This document shows, piece by piece, positions 41,168 to 51,267 of a stretch of 64,000 nucleotides of DNA. The stretch comes from an uncultured Chloroflexia bacterium (lineage in GTDB: Bacteria > Chloroflexota > Chloroflexia > QHBQ01 > JADMIH01), in contig CAWCNY010000002.1 in assembly GCA_963797095.1 (NCBI GenBank), forward strand, positions 448,001 to 512,000. The letters are read 5' to 3'. Made by a program: the position numbers and the translations under genes. The notes under the pieces are model-generated. The model made no database searches and was not told the origin of the DNA. It worked only from the letters and a program-made list of their open reading frames with translations. Each line of letters begins with the position of its first letter. Positions within the stretch are counted from its first letter, which is position 1.

Positions 41168-41713
41168 ATGAGCGCGACCAAAACTACAACCATAGAGAAA
41201 ACCGGCAGGATGTCTGCCGAAGAGCGGCGTGACGAGGTGCTGGATGTCGCGATTGTCGAGTTCGCCAGGTATGGCCTGCACGGCGCATCTACCGAGCGCA
41301 TCGCGGTAGATGCGGGCATTTCTCAGCCCTACATCTTCCGCCTGTTCGGGACCAAGAAGGAACTCTTCATAGCCGCCACAGGACGGGTGTGCAAGCGTAT
41401 TCGTGCGACGTTCGAAGAAGCCGTCGCATCCAATCCCCACGATGCGCTTTTCGCTATGGGTCACTCCTACAAGAAACTGCTCTCGCAGAAGAACGAGCTG
41501 TTGGTGCTGCTCCAGGCGTTCGCGGCATCAGAAGACCACGAAGTGCAGAGCGCCGTGCGCAAGAGCTATGTCGAACTGATCGATTTCGTGAAGCAAAACT
41601 CGGGTACCGGCGACAAAGAGGTTATGGAGTTCTTCGCGCTCGGTATGCTCCTGACGGTCGGATCGGTGCTCGATCTCATGGATATAATGCAGGTGATGAA
41701 GCAGCATCTATAG
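41168..41713 (+). CDS. TetR/AcrR family transcriptional regulator
   Basis: HTH FARYGLHGASTERIAVDAGISQPYIFRLFGTKKELF. Confidence 0.93.
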   Translation: MSATKTTTIEKTGRMSAEERRDEVLDVAIVEFARYGLHGASTERIAVDAGISQPYIFRLFGTKKELFIAATGRVCKRIRATFEEAVASNPHDALFAMGHSYKKLLSQKNELLVLLQAFAASEDHEVQSAVRKSYVELIDFVKQNSGTGDKEVMEFFALGMLLTVGSVLDLMDIMQVMKQHL

Positions 41714-41738
41714 CTCAGGTCAAGCGCTCTCTTTTTTT

Positions 41739-43522
41739 CTAGAACGGCAAAGCTGGCTTGAGTAGCAACTCTTCCAAGTGTGACAGGTACAATTGGGGAT
41801 CCTTGCGGAACCGGAACTGTGCGCGCCTGGTGGCATGCCGGTACTCAAGCTCAGTTCGCAATTGCCTCCACTCCTTCCACGGGTCTGGTTCAGGTGCTGA
41901 GTTTGGCCTCATTGGTCCTGGTACGGGTACGGGTCGCAAGTCCTCCACCTGGTAACCCTGAGGTTGTGTAGCGGTAGCTACGGCTACAGCAACTGCTGTC
42001 AGCAAACGCACCCTGCCTCTCACCACCAAAGTAGCACTCCCCTGCTTACGTCCCGTGGCTCGCCTCTCGTGATGCCGAGCCACCCCAAAACAATGCTCCA
42101 GGTCGTTGTTGGTCTGAGGCAGGTCGGGCACATCATAGCAGTGGAACAGCCCACTCCAGTAGCTATCGGTCACTTTCAGAAAATGGTCGATCGCCGATCC
42201 TAAGGGACCAACCTCGCGCTTGTTGACTCTCATCTCTCCCAGCAACTGCTCGTACTGCGTCCTTACTTGTTCCCCACTGTGCCCCTCTCGATTAGCCAGC
42301 AGGTGCCCTGCTCGATGCACCCACTCGTAAGTCCGCTGGATGGTGGGCCACATTGAAGCGGTCCCGTGCAAACCCCGCTCGATTATGGCTGCCAATCGCT
42401 TCAGTTGAGGCGGCGTTGGTAGTCCAAGCTCCCCCTTTTTATGGCTACCCGCTCAAGCGAGGTGTGGATAGCTTGCAGACGCTCATACAGTTTCAGACCC
42501 GGAGCGCACAGAGGTGGCGGCCCATCCTCTGTAAGGGCACTGCGTACCGCCAGACAGTAACCAAGGATCGCCTTTCCCAAGTCCTGGGCCTCATGGTCTT
42601 TGTCTTTTTGCCGTTGCACAGCGTGTGAGGAGTTGTCGAGATGCGCTTGACCCTTCAGTTTGTCCTCGACACTGCGCTCTATGGCTCGTACCCCGCGCAC
42701 TTGCTTCTTCAGTTCTTTCTTGGCGTGCCGGTCGGCCTCATATATGGGTCGAGTAGCTTCCCGCAGATAATGGAACTGGCACAACTGGTGGGGCACTTTG
42801 GGCAGAGCCCCTTGTACAGCCAGCCGGATTGACCGCTCACCGTCCGAGATTACCCCACAGATGGATATGGGTTGTTCTCCTTCCCCTTCTCCTGGCTCCT
42901 CAAACGAGGCAAGTGCTTGTTGCACCTCGAAAAGCAGGGCCATCAGATCAGGATGAGCAGCACTCAACAAGGGGCGAGCCAACAGGATCTCACCAGACAG
43001 GCAATCGCGTATCACCCACAGCACTTCGTGTCCCATGTCCGGCTGCAGGCCGTCAATGGCCAGCACTACTCTGCCTTGTTCCCTTAGCCGCACCTTGAGC
43101 CGGTCATGGTCGGCCAGGTGCAGAGCCACGAGTTCCTCGTACCTCTCTATCAGATAGGTAACGGTGCGCTCAGCTATGCTCACTCCTCTCCCCAGCAGTT
43201 CCTTGTGGATCTCGGGCACTGAGCGATGCTGGGAGTAGCGCAAGGTGCCGATTAGGGTAATGATGTCCAGTCCGAACTCCCCTTGAGGCAGAGCCAGTGC
43301 TCCTTCCTCTTCTGGTCGATAAGGTCGGTGGTAAAGTGGGCAGTTCGGGTTATGGCAGCGGCGTATCTTGAGTGTCACTCTACACAGACCATGCAGTGTT
43401 ACCACAGTGCGGAAATTGTGGTAGCCCATCCAAAGGGAGCCACCGCAAGCCCAACAGATATCACTCAGAGGCTGCAATGTCAGGTGCGAGGCAGCTGCTG
43501 GTCGGCATTGTCTTCTTGTCAT
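41739..43522 (-). CDS. Transposase in two ORFs (43522-42401 and about 42440-41739), probable programmed frameshift
   Basis: CWAC zinc motif; LAIDGLQP, ISDG, HQLCQFHY, TNNDLEH.FG; slippery AAAAAGGGGG at 42431-42440 on the minus strand; stop codon inside the TIR. Confidence 0.82.
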
Positions 43523-43602
43523 GGGTAGCCTCCCAACTGAAGATCTCAACCTCCTTGCCAGCATCACTCGTGCCCTCGCTCAAGCCAGCTTTGCCGTTCT
43601 AG
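41739..43602 (-). mobile_element. Complete insertion sequence (about 1.86 kb, ISNCY-like) with perfect 24-bp terminal inverted repeats, inserted in a poly-T tract
   Basis: ctagaacggcaaagctggcttgag (41739-41762) / ctcaagccagctttgccgttctag (43579-43602); T7 tract on both sides. Confidence 0.9.
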
Positions 43603-43655
43603 TTTTTTTGCAGATGGAAATTAGTGACTATTCACTATATAAGAGGAGTATTGAG

Positions 43656-45074
43656 ATGGAAACAAGTACAAGAAGCCGCTGGTGGACATTCGGGATAGTA
43701 TCGCTGGCCCTGTTTATGGCTATGCTGGATAACCTCGTTGTTACCACGGCCCTGCCTTCTATCAGGAAGGCGCTTGATGCTAATGTGTCTGACCTTCAAT
43801 GGACAGTGGATGCCTACACGCTGGCCTTCACCATAATGATGTTGCCTGCCACCGCCCTGGGCGACAGGTGGGGCCGCAAGCGCTTCTTCCTGGCAGGCGT
43901 GATGCTCTTCACACTGGGGTCGACACTCGCAGCAATGTCGGCAGGTGCGGGTATGCTGAGTGTGGCCCGTGCGATACAGGGCACGGGCGCGGGCTTCATG
44001 ACACCGCTCACACTGACCTTGCTCACGCAAGCCTTTCCCATATCGCAACGTGCTGCCGCGATCGGACTCAGGTCGGGTGTATCGGGGTTGGGCCTGGCTG
44101 CTGGCCCGCTCTTGGGCGGTGCTATCGTGGAAGGGCTGACCTGGAACGCCGTATTCTGGGTGAACGTGCCCACGGGCATATTACTGTTGATACTGGGTTA
44201 TGTGCGCCTGGGCGAATCACGCGGCGAGAGCCGGGCGCTGGATCTGCCGGGCATCGGGATAGTGAGCGCTGGCCTCTTTGGGTTGGTCTACGGGCTGATT
44301 CACAGCAACAGCATGGGTTGGGGCAACGCTCAGATCATCGTTTCGCTGGCAGCGGGCGTGGTGCTGTTAGCCGCGTTCATAGTGCGTGAGCGCACCGCCG
44401 CCTCGCCCATGATTGACCTGAACCTGTTCAGGAAACGCACCTTTTCCATAGCCAACTCGGTCGGCTTTTTGATGAGCTTCGGGATGTTCGGCTCAATCTT
44501 CCTGATTACCCTCTTTGTGCAGGAGATTCAGAGCGCGACCCCGCTTGACGCCGGTCTCCGCACCATGCCCTGGACGGCCACTATTATGCTGGTCGCGCCG
44601 CTGGCGGGTCTCCTTACAAGCAGGCTCGGAGCGCGTCCGATAGTGGTCACGGGAATGATTGCTATGACCGCCGCCCTATTCTGGATGGGTACGGTCGCCG
44701 AGCGCGCTACGCCCTACACAAGCTTGCTACCTGCGTTCATCCTGGCGGGTCTTGGGATGGGTCTCACGTTCGCACCGCTCTCGGCTACGGTCATGGGAGC
44801 CGCTCGTGGCACTCAGCAGGGCCAGGCGTCCGGTGTATACAACACAGTGCGCGAGCTGGGCGGTGTATTCGGCGTAGCGATCCTGGGCACGATCTTCCAG
44901 GGTTACGCAACCAATACGCTGGCGGGTTTTGTCGATGGGTTCCACGCGTCCCTGCTCGCAGGCTCAGCCTTCCTGGCCCTGAGCGTGCTGATCTCCATCT
45001 TCCTACCAGGGCGCATCCACGCTCCCGCCCAGGAACAAGACGAGCCTGTTCCGGTGTATGTAGAAGCGGCGTAG
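43656..45074 (+). CDS. DHA2 (EmrB/QacA) family MFS efflux transporter
   Basis: LDNLVVTTALP, LGDRWGRKR, GPLLGG, W..VFWVNVP, about 14 TM helices; GAGGAG RBS. Confidence 0.93.
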   Translation: METSTRSRWWTFGIVSLALFMAMLDNLVVTTALPSIRKALDANVSDLQWTVDAYTLAFTIMMLPATALGDRWGRKRFFLAGVMLFTLGSTLAAMSAGAGMLSVARAIQGTGAGFMTPLTLTLLTQAFPISQRAAAIGLRSGVSGLGLAAGPLLGGAIVEGLTWNAVFWVNVPTGILLLILGYVRLGESRGESRALDLPGIGIVSAGLFGLVYGLIHSNSMGWGNAQIIVSLAAGVVLLAAFIVRERTAASPMIDLNLFRKRTFSIANSVGFLMSFGMFGSIFLITLFVQEIQSATPLDAGLRTMPWTATIMLVAPLAGLLTSRLGARPIVVTGMIAMTAALFWMGTVAERATPYTSLLPAFILAGLGMGLTFAPLSATVMGAARGTQQGQASGVYNTVRELGGVFGVAILGTIFQGYATNTLAGFVDGFHASLLAGSAFLALSVLISIFLPGRIHAPAQEQDEPVPVYVEAA

Positions 45075-45163
45075 ATTGGTAATCGGTAATCGGTAATCGG
45101 TAGTCGGAAGACGATAATTGTTGGTTCCGATTACCGACTACCGATTACCGATTACCGACTACC
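45075..45163. repeat. Inverted heptamer arrays (GGTARTC)n / (CCGAYTA)n
   Basis: ggtaatcggtaatcggtaatcggtagtcgg ... ccgattaccgactaccgattaccgattacc. Confidence 0.9.
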
Positions 45164-45167
45164 TTCT

Positions 45168-45196
45168 TTGACACTCCCCCACCCTTGTGCTATCCT
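45168..45196 (+). promoter_or_regulatory. Putative sigma70 promoter of rmlA
   Basis: TTGACA-17 nt-TATCCT with a TG extension. Confidence 0.7.
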
Positions 45197-45227
45197 TTCG
45201 TGGAAAAACCTTGAGGTGGGAGGGTTT

Positions 45228-46295
45228 GTGAAAGGACTCATTCTGAGTGGTGGCAAGGGCACGCGGCTCCGCCCGATCACGTATACCAGCGCCAAGCAAC
45301 TCGTGCCCGTGGCGAACAAGCCGGTCCTCTTCTATACTATCGAAGACCTGGTGAACTCCGGTATCACCGACATCGGCATCATAGTCGGCGACACTCGCGC
45401 CGAGATCAAAGCCGCCGTAGGCTCAGGCGATCGCTGGGGAGCCAACATAACATTCATCGAGCAGCCGGAGCCTCTTGGCCTTGCCCATGCGGTGATGGTT
45501 GCCGAGGATTATCTTGGCGACGACCCCTTTGTAATGTACCTGGGCGACAATATGCTCGAAGACCGCATCGCTCCCTTCGTTGACGAGTTTCGCGAAGGCG
45601 GGTGGGATTGCCAGGTCTTGCTCAAGAAGGTCACCAACTGGCAGCAGCTAGGCGTGGCCGAGCTATCCGATGATGGTCGTGTCAAAAGACTGGTCGAAAA
45701 ACCCCAGACCTACGTCAGCGACCTGGCCCTCGTAGGCATCTACATGTTCGACAGCCACATCTTCGAGGCTGTACACAACATCAAGCCCTCCTGGCGCAAC
45801 GAATACGAGATCACCGACGCCATCCAGTATCTGCTGGACCACGGCTATCACGTCCATCCCCACGTGCTCGAAGGTTGGTGGATCGATACAGGCAAGTTGG
45901 AAGATATGCTCCAGGTCAACCACCTCGTTCTCGATAAGCTGGCCCCACGTATCGACGGGTTCGTGGATGCCGACAGCGCGGTCCAGGGCAAGGTGGTGAT
46001 CGAAAAAGGGGCCGAGATCATCAACTCCAGGATCAGAGGACCCGTAGTCATCGGGGCCAACACCCGCATCGTCAACTCCTACGTCGGGCCATACACAGCA
46101 ATCAACTATGGCTGCACGGTCACCGACAGCGAAGTGGAGCACTCCATCATCCTGGAAAACAGCCGGGTGATAGACATCCCAGGCAGGCTCGCCGACAGCC
46201 TTATAGGCAGAAATGTAGAGATAGCCCGCTCACCGATCAAACCAAAGGCATACAAAATGCTGTTGGGTGATAACAGCAACGTAGGCGTATTGTAG
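45228..46295 (+). CDS. rmlA: Glucose-1-phosphate thymidylyltransferase (long form)
   Basis: LSGGKGTRLRPIT..AKQL.PVANKP, YLGDN, EKP, EITDA, WIDTG, C-terminal hexapeptide repeats. Confidence 0.93.
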   Translation: MKGLILSGGKGTRLRPITYTSAKQLVPVANKPVLFYTIEDLVNSGITDIGIIVGDTRAEIKAAVGSGDRWGANITFIEQPEPLGLAHAVMVAEDYLGDDPFVMYLGDNMLEDRIAPFVDEFREGGWDCQVLLKKVTNWQQLGVAELSDDGRVKRLVEKPQTYVSDLALVGIYMFDSHIFEAVHNIKPSWRNEYEITDAIQYLLDHGYHVHPHVLEGWWIDTGKLEDMLQVNHLVLDKLAPRIDGFVDADSAVQGKVVIEKGAEIINSRIRGPVVIGANTRIVNSYVGPYTAINYGCTVTDSEVEHSIILENSRVIDIPGRLADSLIGRNVEIARSPIKPKAYKMLLGDNSNVGVL

Positions 46296-46405
46296 TTGGT
46301 ATTCAGTAGTCGGAAACTGGCTGTTACGAACCACACCGGTTACTCAGGAACCAACAAGCCCCGACTACCGGCTACTGACTACCGGCTACCGGAAAAGGAC
46401 CCGCC

Positions 46406-46948
46406 GTGGACGAACTTTCCGAAAACATCATCGAACGCGAGACGGCATTGGCGAACTTCGATCATGCGCGAGACGATTTCATACGGGCTTTCTCTCAGAT
46501 GCCCGACAAGGCCCTTTCATATAAACCCGATGGCGATGAATATTCAATCGGCGATCTTGTCCCGCACGTCATCGGCTCGATCAACATGTACACAGTCGTT
46601 CTTGACACGATGACCAATCTAGGTTGGGCTTTGAGCCGCCCCTATGAGGGCGTGCCCCGCCAGGCAATGCAGGACCACGCCGCCGAGATGCAGGCTATCT
46701 ATACTGGGGGCGGAGGCCGCGATGCCATCACCGACGAACTGGAGAAAGCACACGATCAATTAGCCTCCAAATTGCGCGAGTTGGCCCATGAAGATTACTC
46801 CAGGAAAGCGCCCGTCTATTACCCATCATCCGAGGAGCCATACCCCACCAGCGCCGCCGACCTACTCGATTGGCTAACCGAGCACTATAAGGAACACATA
46901 GCCCAACTCTGGCAACTGAGAAAGGATTGGGAGAAGAGGAAGAAGTGA
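46406..46948 (+). CDS. DinB-like family protein
   Basis: YSIGDLVPH and H..EH..QL motifs. Confidence 0.7.
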   Translation: MDELSENIIERETALANFDHARDDFIRAFSQMPDKALSYKPDGDEYSIGDLVPHVIGSINMYTVVLDTMTNLGWALSRPYEGVPRQAMQDHAAEMQAIYTGGGGRDAITDELEKAHDQLASKLRELAHEDYSRKAPVYYPSSEEPYPTSAADLLDWLTEHYKEHIAQLWQLRKDWEKRKK

Positions 46949-47036
46949 AAAGTGACGAGTAACGAGTGACGAGTAATGGGGGGACTGAATACGCAGTACG
47001 AAATACGAAGTACGCAGTTATCACTCGTCACTCGTC
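46944..47036. repeat. Nested heptamer arrays: GACGAGT / ACTCGTC arms enclosing a TACGCAG/TACGAA array
   Basis: gtgacgagtaacgagtgacgag ... atacgcagtacgaaatacgaagtacgcag ... tcactcgtcactcgtc. Confidence 0.85.
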
Positions 47037-47060
47037 ATGTATCAGAAGGAGCAACCTAAC

Positions 47061-48161
47061 TTGCAGAAGCTACTGGTCACGGGTGGAGCCGGGTTCATCG
47101 GCAGCAACTTCGCCCGTATGATCCTCAATAAATACCCCGATTACCATGTGATGGTGTACGACAAGTTCACCTACGCGGGCAATCCCGATAACCTTCAAGA
47201 CCTGCACGATGTCTCACGTTTCAACGTCATCAAAGGCGATATCGCCGACGCCGAAAAGGTCAACGACACAATCAAGACCTACGGTATCGACACTATCGTC
47301 AACTTCGCAGCCGAGTCGCACGTTGACCGCTCAATCGAGGAGCCGGGTGGCTTTATCCAGACCGATGTATACGGCGTCTACGTCCTCCTCGAAGCCACTC
47401 GTAAGTTTGGACTTGAGCGCTTTCTACAGGTGTCCACCGACGAAGTGTACGGCGCGGTGCTCGAAGGCTCCTCCAAAGAGACCGACCTGCTCCAGCCGCG
47501 CTCTCCCTACTCAGCATCCAAGGCGGGTGGTGAGCTACTGGCCCATGCGTATTACGTGACCTACGAGACGCCAACCCTTGTCACGCGTGGCTCCAACACC
47601 TATGGGCCTTACCAGTATCCCGAAAAGATGCTCCCCCTGTTCATCACCAACGCAATCGAAGACAAGCCTATACCGATGTACGGCGATGGCCTCTACGTGC
47701 GCGACTGGATGCATGTGCTTGATCATTGCGCGGGGATCGACCTCGTCCTGCATGAAGGTAAGTTAGGCGAAACATACAATGTGGGTGGCGGCAACGAGCA
47801 CCCCAACATTGAAGTGACCTACAAAGTTCTCGAAAGGCTCGGCAAGCCGCGCTCCCTGATCAACTTCGTTCAGGACCGCCCAGGCCATGACCGCCGTTAC
47901 TCGGTAGATACCACCAAGATCCGCGCTTTGGGTTGGGAGCCTCATGTTCCTTTCGAGGATGGACTGGCAGGCACTGTAGATTGGTATCGCGAGAACGACT
48001 GGTGGTGGAAGAAGATCAAGTCGGGCGAATTCGCCGAATACTACGCCCGCATGTACGAGCAGCGCACCGTCCTCAAGAAGCACGATGACGATCAAGAAGG
48101 AGAACCCCAGGAAGAGACAAAAGACAACTCACAACCCGAAACTGACAACCCTCCTGCTTGA
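47061..48161 (+). CDS. rmlB: dTDP-glucose 4,6-dehydratase
   Basis: TGGAGFIGS, AAESHVDRS, STDEVYG, YSASK, DRPGHDRRY. Confidence 0.96.
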   Translation: MQKLLVTGGAGFIGSNFARMILNKYPDYHVMVYDKFTYAGNPDNLQDLHDVSRFNVIKGDIADAEKVNDTIKTYGIDTIVNFAAESHVDRSIEEPGGFIQTDVYGVYVLLEATRKFGLERFLQVSTDEVYGAVLEGSSKETDLLQPRSPYSASKAGGELLAHAYYVTYETPTLVTRGSNTYGPYQYPEKMLPLFITNAIEDKPIPMYGDGLYVRDWMHVLDHCAGIDLVLHEGKLGETYNVGGGNEHPNIEVTYKVLERLGKPRSLINFVQDRPGHDRRYSVDTTKIRALGWEPHVPFEDGLAGTVDWYRENDWWWKKIKSGEFAEYYARMYEQRTVLKKHDDDQEGEPQEETKDNSQPETDNPPA

Positions 48162-48250
48162 TTTTTTGCCCTGAAAAGTGCGATGATAGAGCCACTCAAT
48201 CCCACTCGGCAACCGGCTTCTCGCGTCTGACTTCCATACAAGGTGCTGTG

Positions 48251-49168
48251 ATGAAGAGCGAAAAGAAAACCGAAAAGACTCACAAGCCCGGCAAACAGAG
48301 CGCAAAAGCCCGTCCGCCTGCATCTGTAGTTGAAGAAACGGACGAGCCGGGCCGCAAGTGGCTCAACAGGGAATTCTATGAGGCAGAGCTTGCGCGCCTG
48401 CAATATGAGCTGGTGAAGATGCAGTACTGGCTCAAAGAGACGGGCACCCGCGTCGTGCTCATCTTCGAGGGACGCGATGCCGCCGGTAAAGGCGGCCTTA
48501 TCCAGCGCATTATCGCTCCCTTGAACCCCCGTGGCGTGCGGTTGGTGGCGCTAAACAAGCCCTCAGATGTCGAGCGCACCCAGTGGTATTTCCAGCGCTA
48601 TGTCGAGCATCTACCGGCAGCGGGCGAGCTAGTGATATTCGACAGAAGCTGGTACAACCGCGCCGGTGTAGAGCGAGTGATGGGTTTCTGCACCGATGCC
48701 GAGTACTGGTATTTCCTCGATGCATGTCCCTTGTTCGAGCGAATGCTGGTGCGCTCCGGCATCCTTCTTTTGAAGTACTGGCTGTCGGTCAGCGATGAGG
48801 AACAAGAGCGGCGCTTTCATGGACGAGCACAGGACCCCACCCGGCGCTGGAAGCTAAGCCCTATAGACATAGAGTCGCGCGATAAGTGGGTGGAGTTCTC
48901 CAAGGCGAAGGACATCATGTTCAGCCATACCGACATCCCGGAAGCGCGCTGGTATCAGGTAGAGTCGGACGACAAACGTCGCGCCCGCCTCTCATGTATT
49001 CGCCATCTGCTCACCATGATCCCTTACGAGGATGTCACTCCCCCACCGATTGAGTTGCCTCCCCGCCCACCTGCGGACACGCAATATACCCGCCCACCAC
49101 GCGAAAGCCATCTGATAGTGCCGGATTACTATTCGGGGGACGAGTGGCGAAAGTCGAGTGGCGAGTGA
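48251..49168 (+). CDS. ppk2: Polyphosphate kinase 2
   Basis: EGRDAAGKGG, WYFQRY, FDRSWYNRAGVE.VMGF, WKLSP.D. Confidence 0.95.
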   Translation: MKSEKKTEKTHKPGKQSAKARPPASVVEETDEPGRKWLNREFYEAELARLQYELVKMQYWLKETGTRVVLIFEGRDAAGKGGLIQRIIAPLNPRGVRLVALNKPSDVERTQWYFQRYVEHLPAAGELVIFDRSWYNRAGVERVMGFCTDAEYWYFLDACPLFERMLVRSGILLLKYWLSVSDEEQERRFHGRAQDPTRRWKLSPIDIESRDKWVEFSKAKDIMFSHTDIPEARWYQVESDDKRRARLSCIRHLLTMIPYEDVTPPPIELPPRPPADTQYTRPPRESHLIVPDYYSGDEWRKSSGE

Positions 49169-49233
49169 CGAGTGACGAAAGTCGAGTGACGAGTGAGCAG
49201 GAACCAGGAACTATTCGTCACTCGTCACTCGTC
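49138..49233. repeat. Inverted GRCGAGT / ACTCGTC heptamer arrays overlapping the ppk2 stop, enclosing a GGAACCA array
   Basis: Read directly from the sequence. Confidence 0.8.
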
Positions 49234-49241
49234 AGCTTCCC

Positions 49242-50276
49242 CTATTTCATCTCAACCGTTCCATGCAGCATACAATGGTCGCTGCCGTGAGGTGAGCAAT
49301 CAATGCTTGTCGAGAGCGGGGTCACATTGGGGCTTGAGAGAATATAGTCGATCCGCAGCAAGCCGAAGGGCTGGTTCATTATCTGGCTTGGCCTCCACGT
49401 AGCGCCTATGCCCGTGCCAACCGCCTTCTGCGCGTCAATAAGACCTGCCGACAGGTCGTTGTACGCCGGTTCGCGCTCCGTTACGTTGAAATCGCCCATC
49501 AGTAGAACGGCTTCCCCTGTCTTCAGATAGGTCGACACAAAACCATTTATCAGAGCGATCTGCGCGTCCCTTCTCGATGTATCGTAGCAGTTGCTGGGGA
49601 ACATCTGCCTGGTGCAAAGCTGCCCGGTAGGTGGATGCGCCACTACTACAACCACGCTCTGCCCTAACCCCACATCCAGGCGCGCCCACGCGGCCCTTGG
49701 CGTGCCCGCCCACACTTCTGACAACTCATCGACGATCCCTTGCTCGATAATGGGGTAGATACTCAATAGTGCCTCTCCCGTAGAGGGAGTACCAGCTTGC
49801 ACGCCCCACCTGTTAGGATAAGTCTTCGCCACCTCAGGATCGGTTGACAGCTTTTTCCAATCAGCCTCCACAAGCCCCACGATGGCGGCTGGCCTGGTAT
49901 CCAGCACCCTCGCCACCTCGTCGTAATCGTCACCCACCATCACGTTCCAACTCATCACGCTCAGGTTGATAGCGCCTGGGGTCTCCACAGGTGCGGCAGA
50001 GATAAGCTTCGGTGGGAAGCGCACCCCGTAAACTAAGGCGCAAACGACCAGCATAACGCGCAGCACAGCCGCCCCTCTCATGAAGGCGAAGGGCAGCAGC
50101 ATTACCAGCGGTAGGAACAGATACGGTGCGAATACTTCGCTAAGGCCCAACAAACCCGTGCGGCGTGGCTGCACGGTGTTCATCACCGAAAGGACTAACA
50201 GGAAAAGGGGGTAAATAGAGGCAGCTGCAAAAACCAGCCGGCGAAACGATCTTCTTGTACCTGATAACTGCATCAA
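49242..50276 (-). CDS. Membrane-anchored endonuclease/exonuclease/phosphatase family protein
   Basis: Three N-terminal TM helices; SWNV, GDFN, RIDYI, GSDH. Confidence 0.9.
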   Translation of the reverse strand: MMQLSGTRRSFRRLVFAAASIYPLFLLVLSVMNTVQPRRTGLLGLSEVFAPYLFLPLVMLLPFAFMRGAAVLRVMLVVCALVYGVRFPPKLISAAPVETPGAINLSVMSWNVMVGDDYDEVARVLDTRPAAIVGLVEADWKKLSTDPEVAKTYPNRWGVQAGTPSTGEALLSIYPIIEQGIVDELSEVWAGTPRAAWARLDVGLGQSVVVVVAHPPTGQLCTRQMFPSNCYDTSRRDAQIALINGFVSTYLKTGEAVLLMGDFNVTEREPAYNDLSAGLIDAQKAVGTGIGATWRPSQIMNQPFGLLRIDYILSSPNVTPLSTSIDCSPHGSDHCMLHGTVEMK

Positions 50277-50538
50277 TAATTGTCTTCTTTACCGGTAAAC
50301 GTCCGGGCCGTAGATAATGTTACAACGTATGGTGTAAGAACCCGGTTGCTCACCGCCCAACCATAAACTACAATACAGCCAGGAAGCACATCCTCACAAG
50401 CACACAAATAGCTATTTTGGGCGTATCGAGTGCTTATCTTCCGGGCCGTTTTCGGGGTTGATCAGGTTACCCTGTGGATAACTCCGAAGGTTGCGCATAT
50501 TACTTCTCACATACTCCTTTTATCGATCCCTAATACTG

Positions 50539-51267
50539 ATGGACGTACAACTCGCCGTCGCCAAGACAAACAAATATGCAAGCCGTGAAAGCGGCGACAC
50601 CGTCGAGGTTATCGAGCGCCCGCACGGTGGCTTTTCCGTAGTGCTGGCCGATGGGCAGGGCAGCGGGCGCTCGGCCAAGAACCTCTCACATATGGTCACC
50701 ACCAAAGCCGTCAGTATGATCAAAGATGGTGCGCGTGATGGCGCTGTAGCCCGCGCAGCGCACGATTATCTCTACGCCTACAGGGGCGGCAAAGTCTCAG
50801 CTACCCTTGTGATCGTATCCATAGACCTTGCAACTAATACCCTCGTTTTCTCCCGCAACAGCCACTGCCCGATACTTCTGTCTCTCCCTGGCGAGCAGGA
50901 CCTTACCGTGCTTGAGGATGCCTCCAACCCCATCGGCATATACGCCATGACTAAACCCGTGATAACCGAGCTACCCCTCCGGGTAGACACCTACGCCGTC
51001 ACCTACTCAGATGGCCTGATGGAAGCAGGCAAGCGCGACAACCGCCCCGTTGATCTGGTCGCGCTCTTCCGCCAGGCGCTGGCGGATGGCCTCCACGAAG
51101 CCGACCGGATCGCGGGCTTTTTGCTCGCCCAGGCCCTGGAAGCCGACGCCAATCGCCCTGCCGACGATATGGCAGTGCTCGCGCTGGCGATCCGCCCACG
51201 AGAGGAGCAAGCGCCCCGTAGCATCGTGCCCCAGGTCAGGCGGCTTGATATGAGGGTGCCGATTTGA
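50539..51267 (+). CDS. PP2C/SpoIIE-like phosphatase
   Basis: ESGD, LADGQGSG, YSDGL, DDM. Confidence 0.88.
   Translation: MDVQLAVAKTNKYASRESGDTVEVIERPHGGFSVVLADGQGSGRSAKNLSHMVTTKAVSMIKDGARDGAVARAAHDYLYAYRGGKVSATLVIVSIDLATNTLVFSRNSHCPILLSLPGEQDLTVLEDASNPIGIYAMTKPVITELPLRVDTYAVTYSDGLMEAGKRDNRPVDLVALFRQALADGLHEADRIAGFLLAQALEADANRPADDMAVLALAIRPREEQAPRSIVPQVRRLDMRVPI

Noticed and set aside
50280-50535. Replication origin
   Set aside because: Only one clear DnaA box, no obvious unwinding element, and no dnaA/dnaN nearby.
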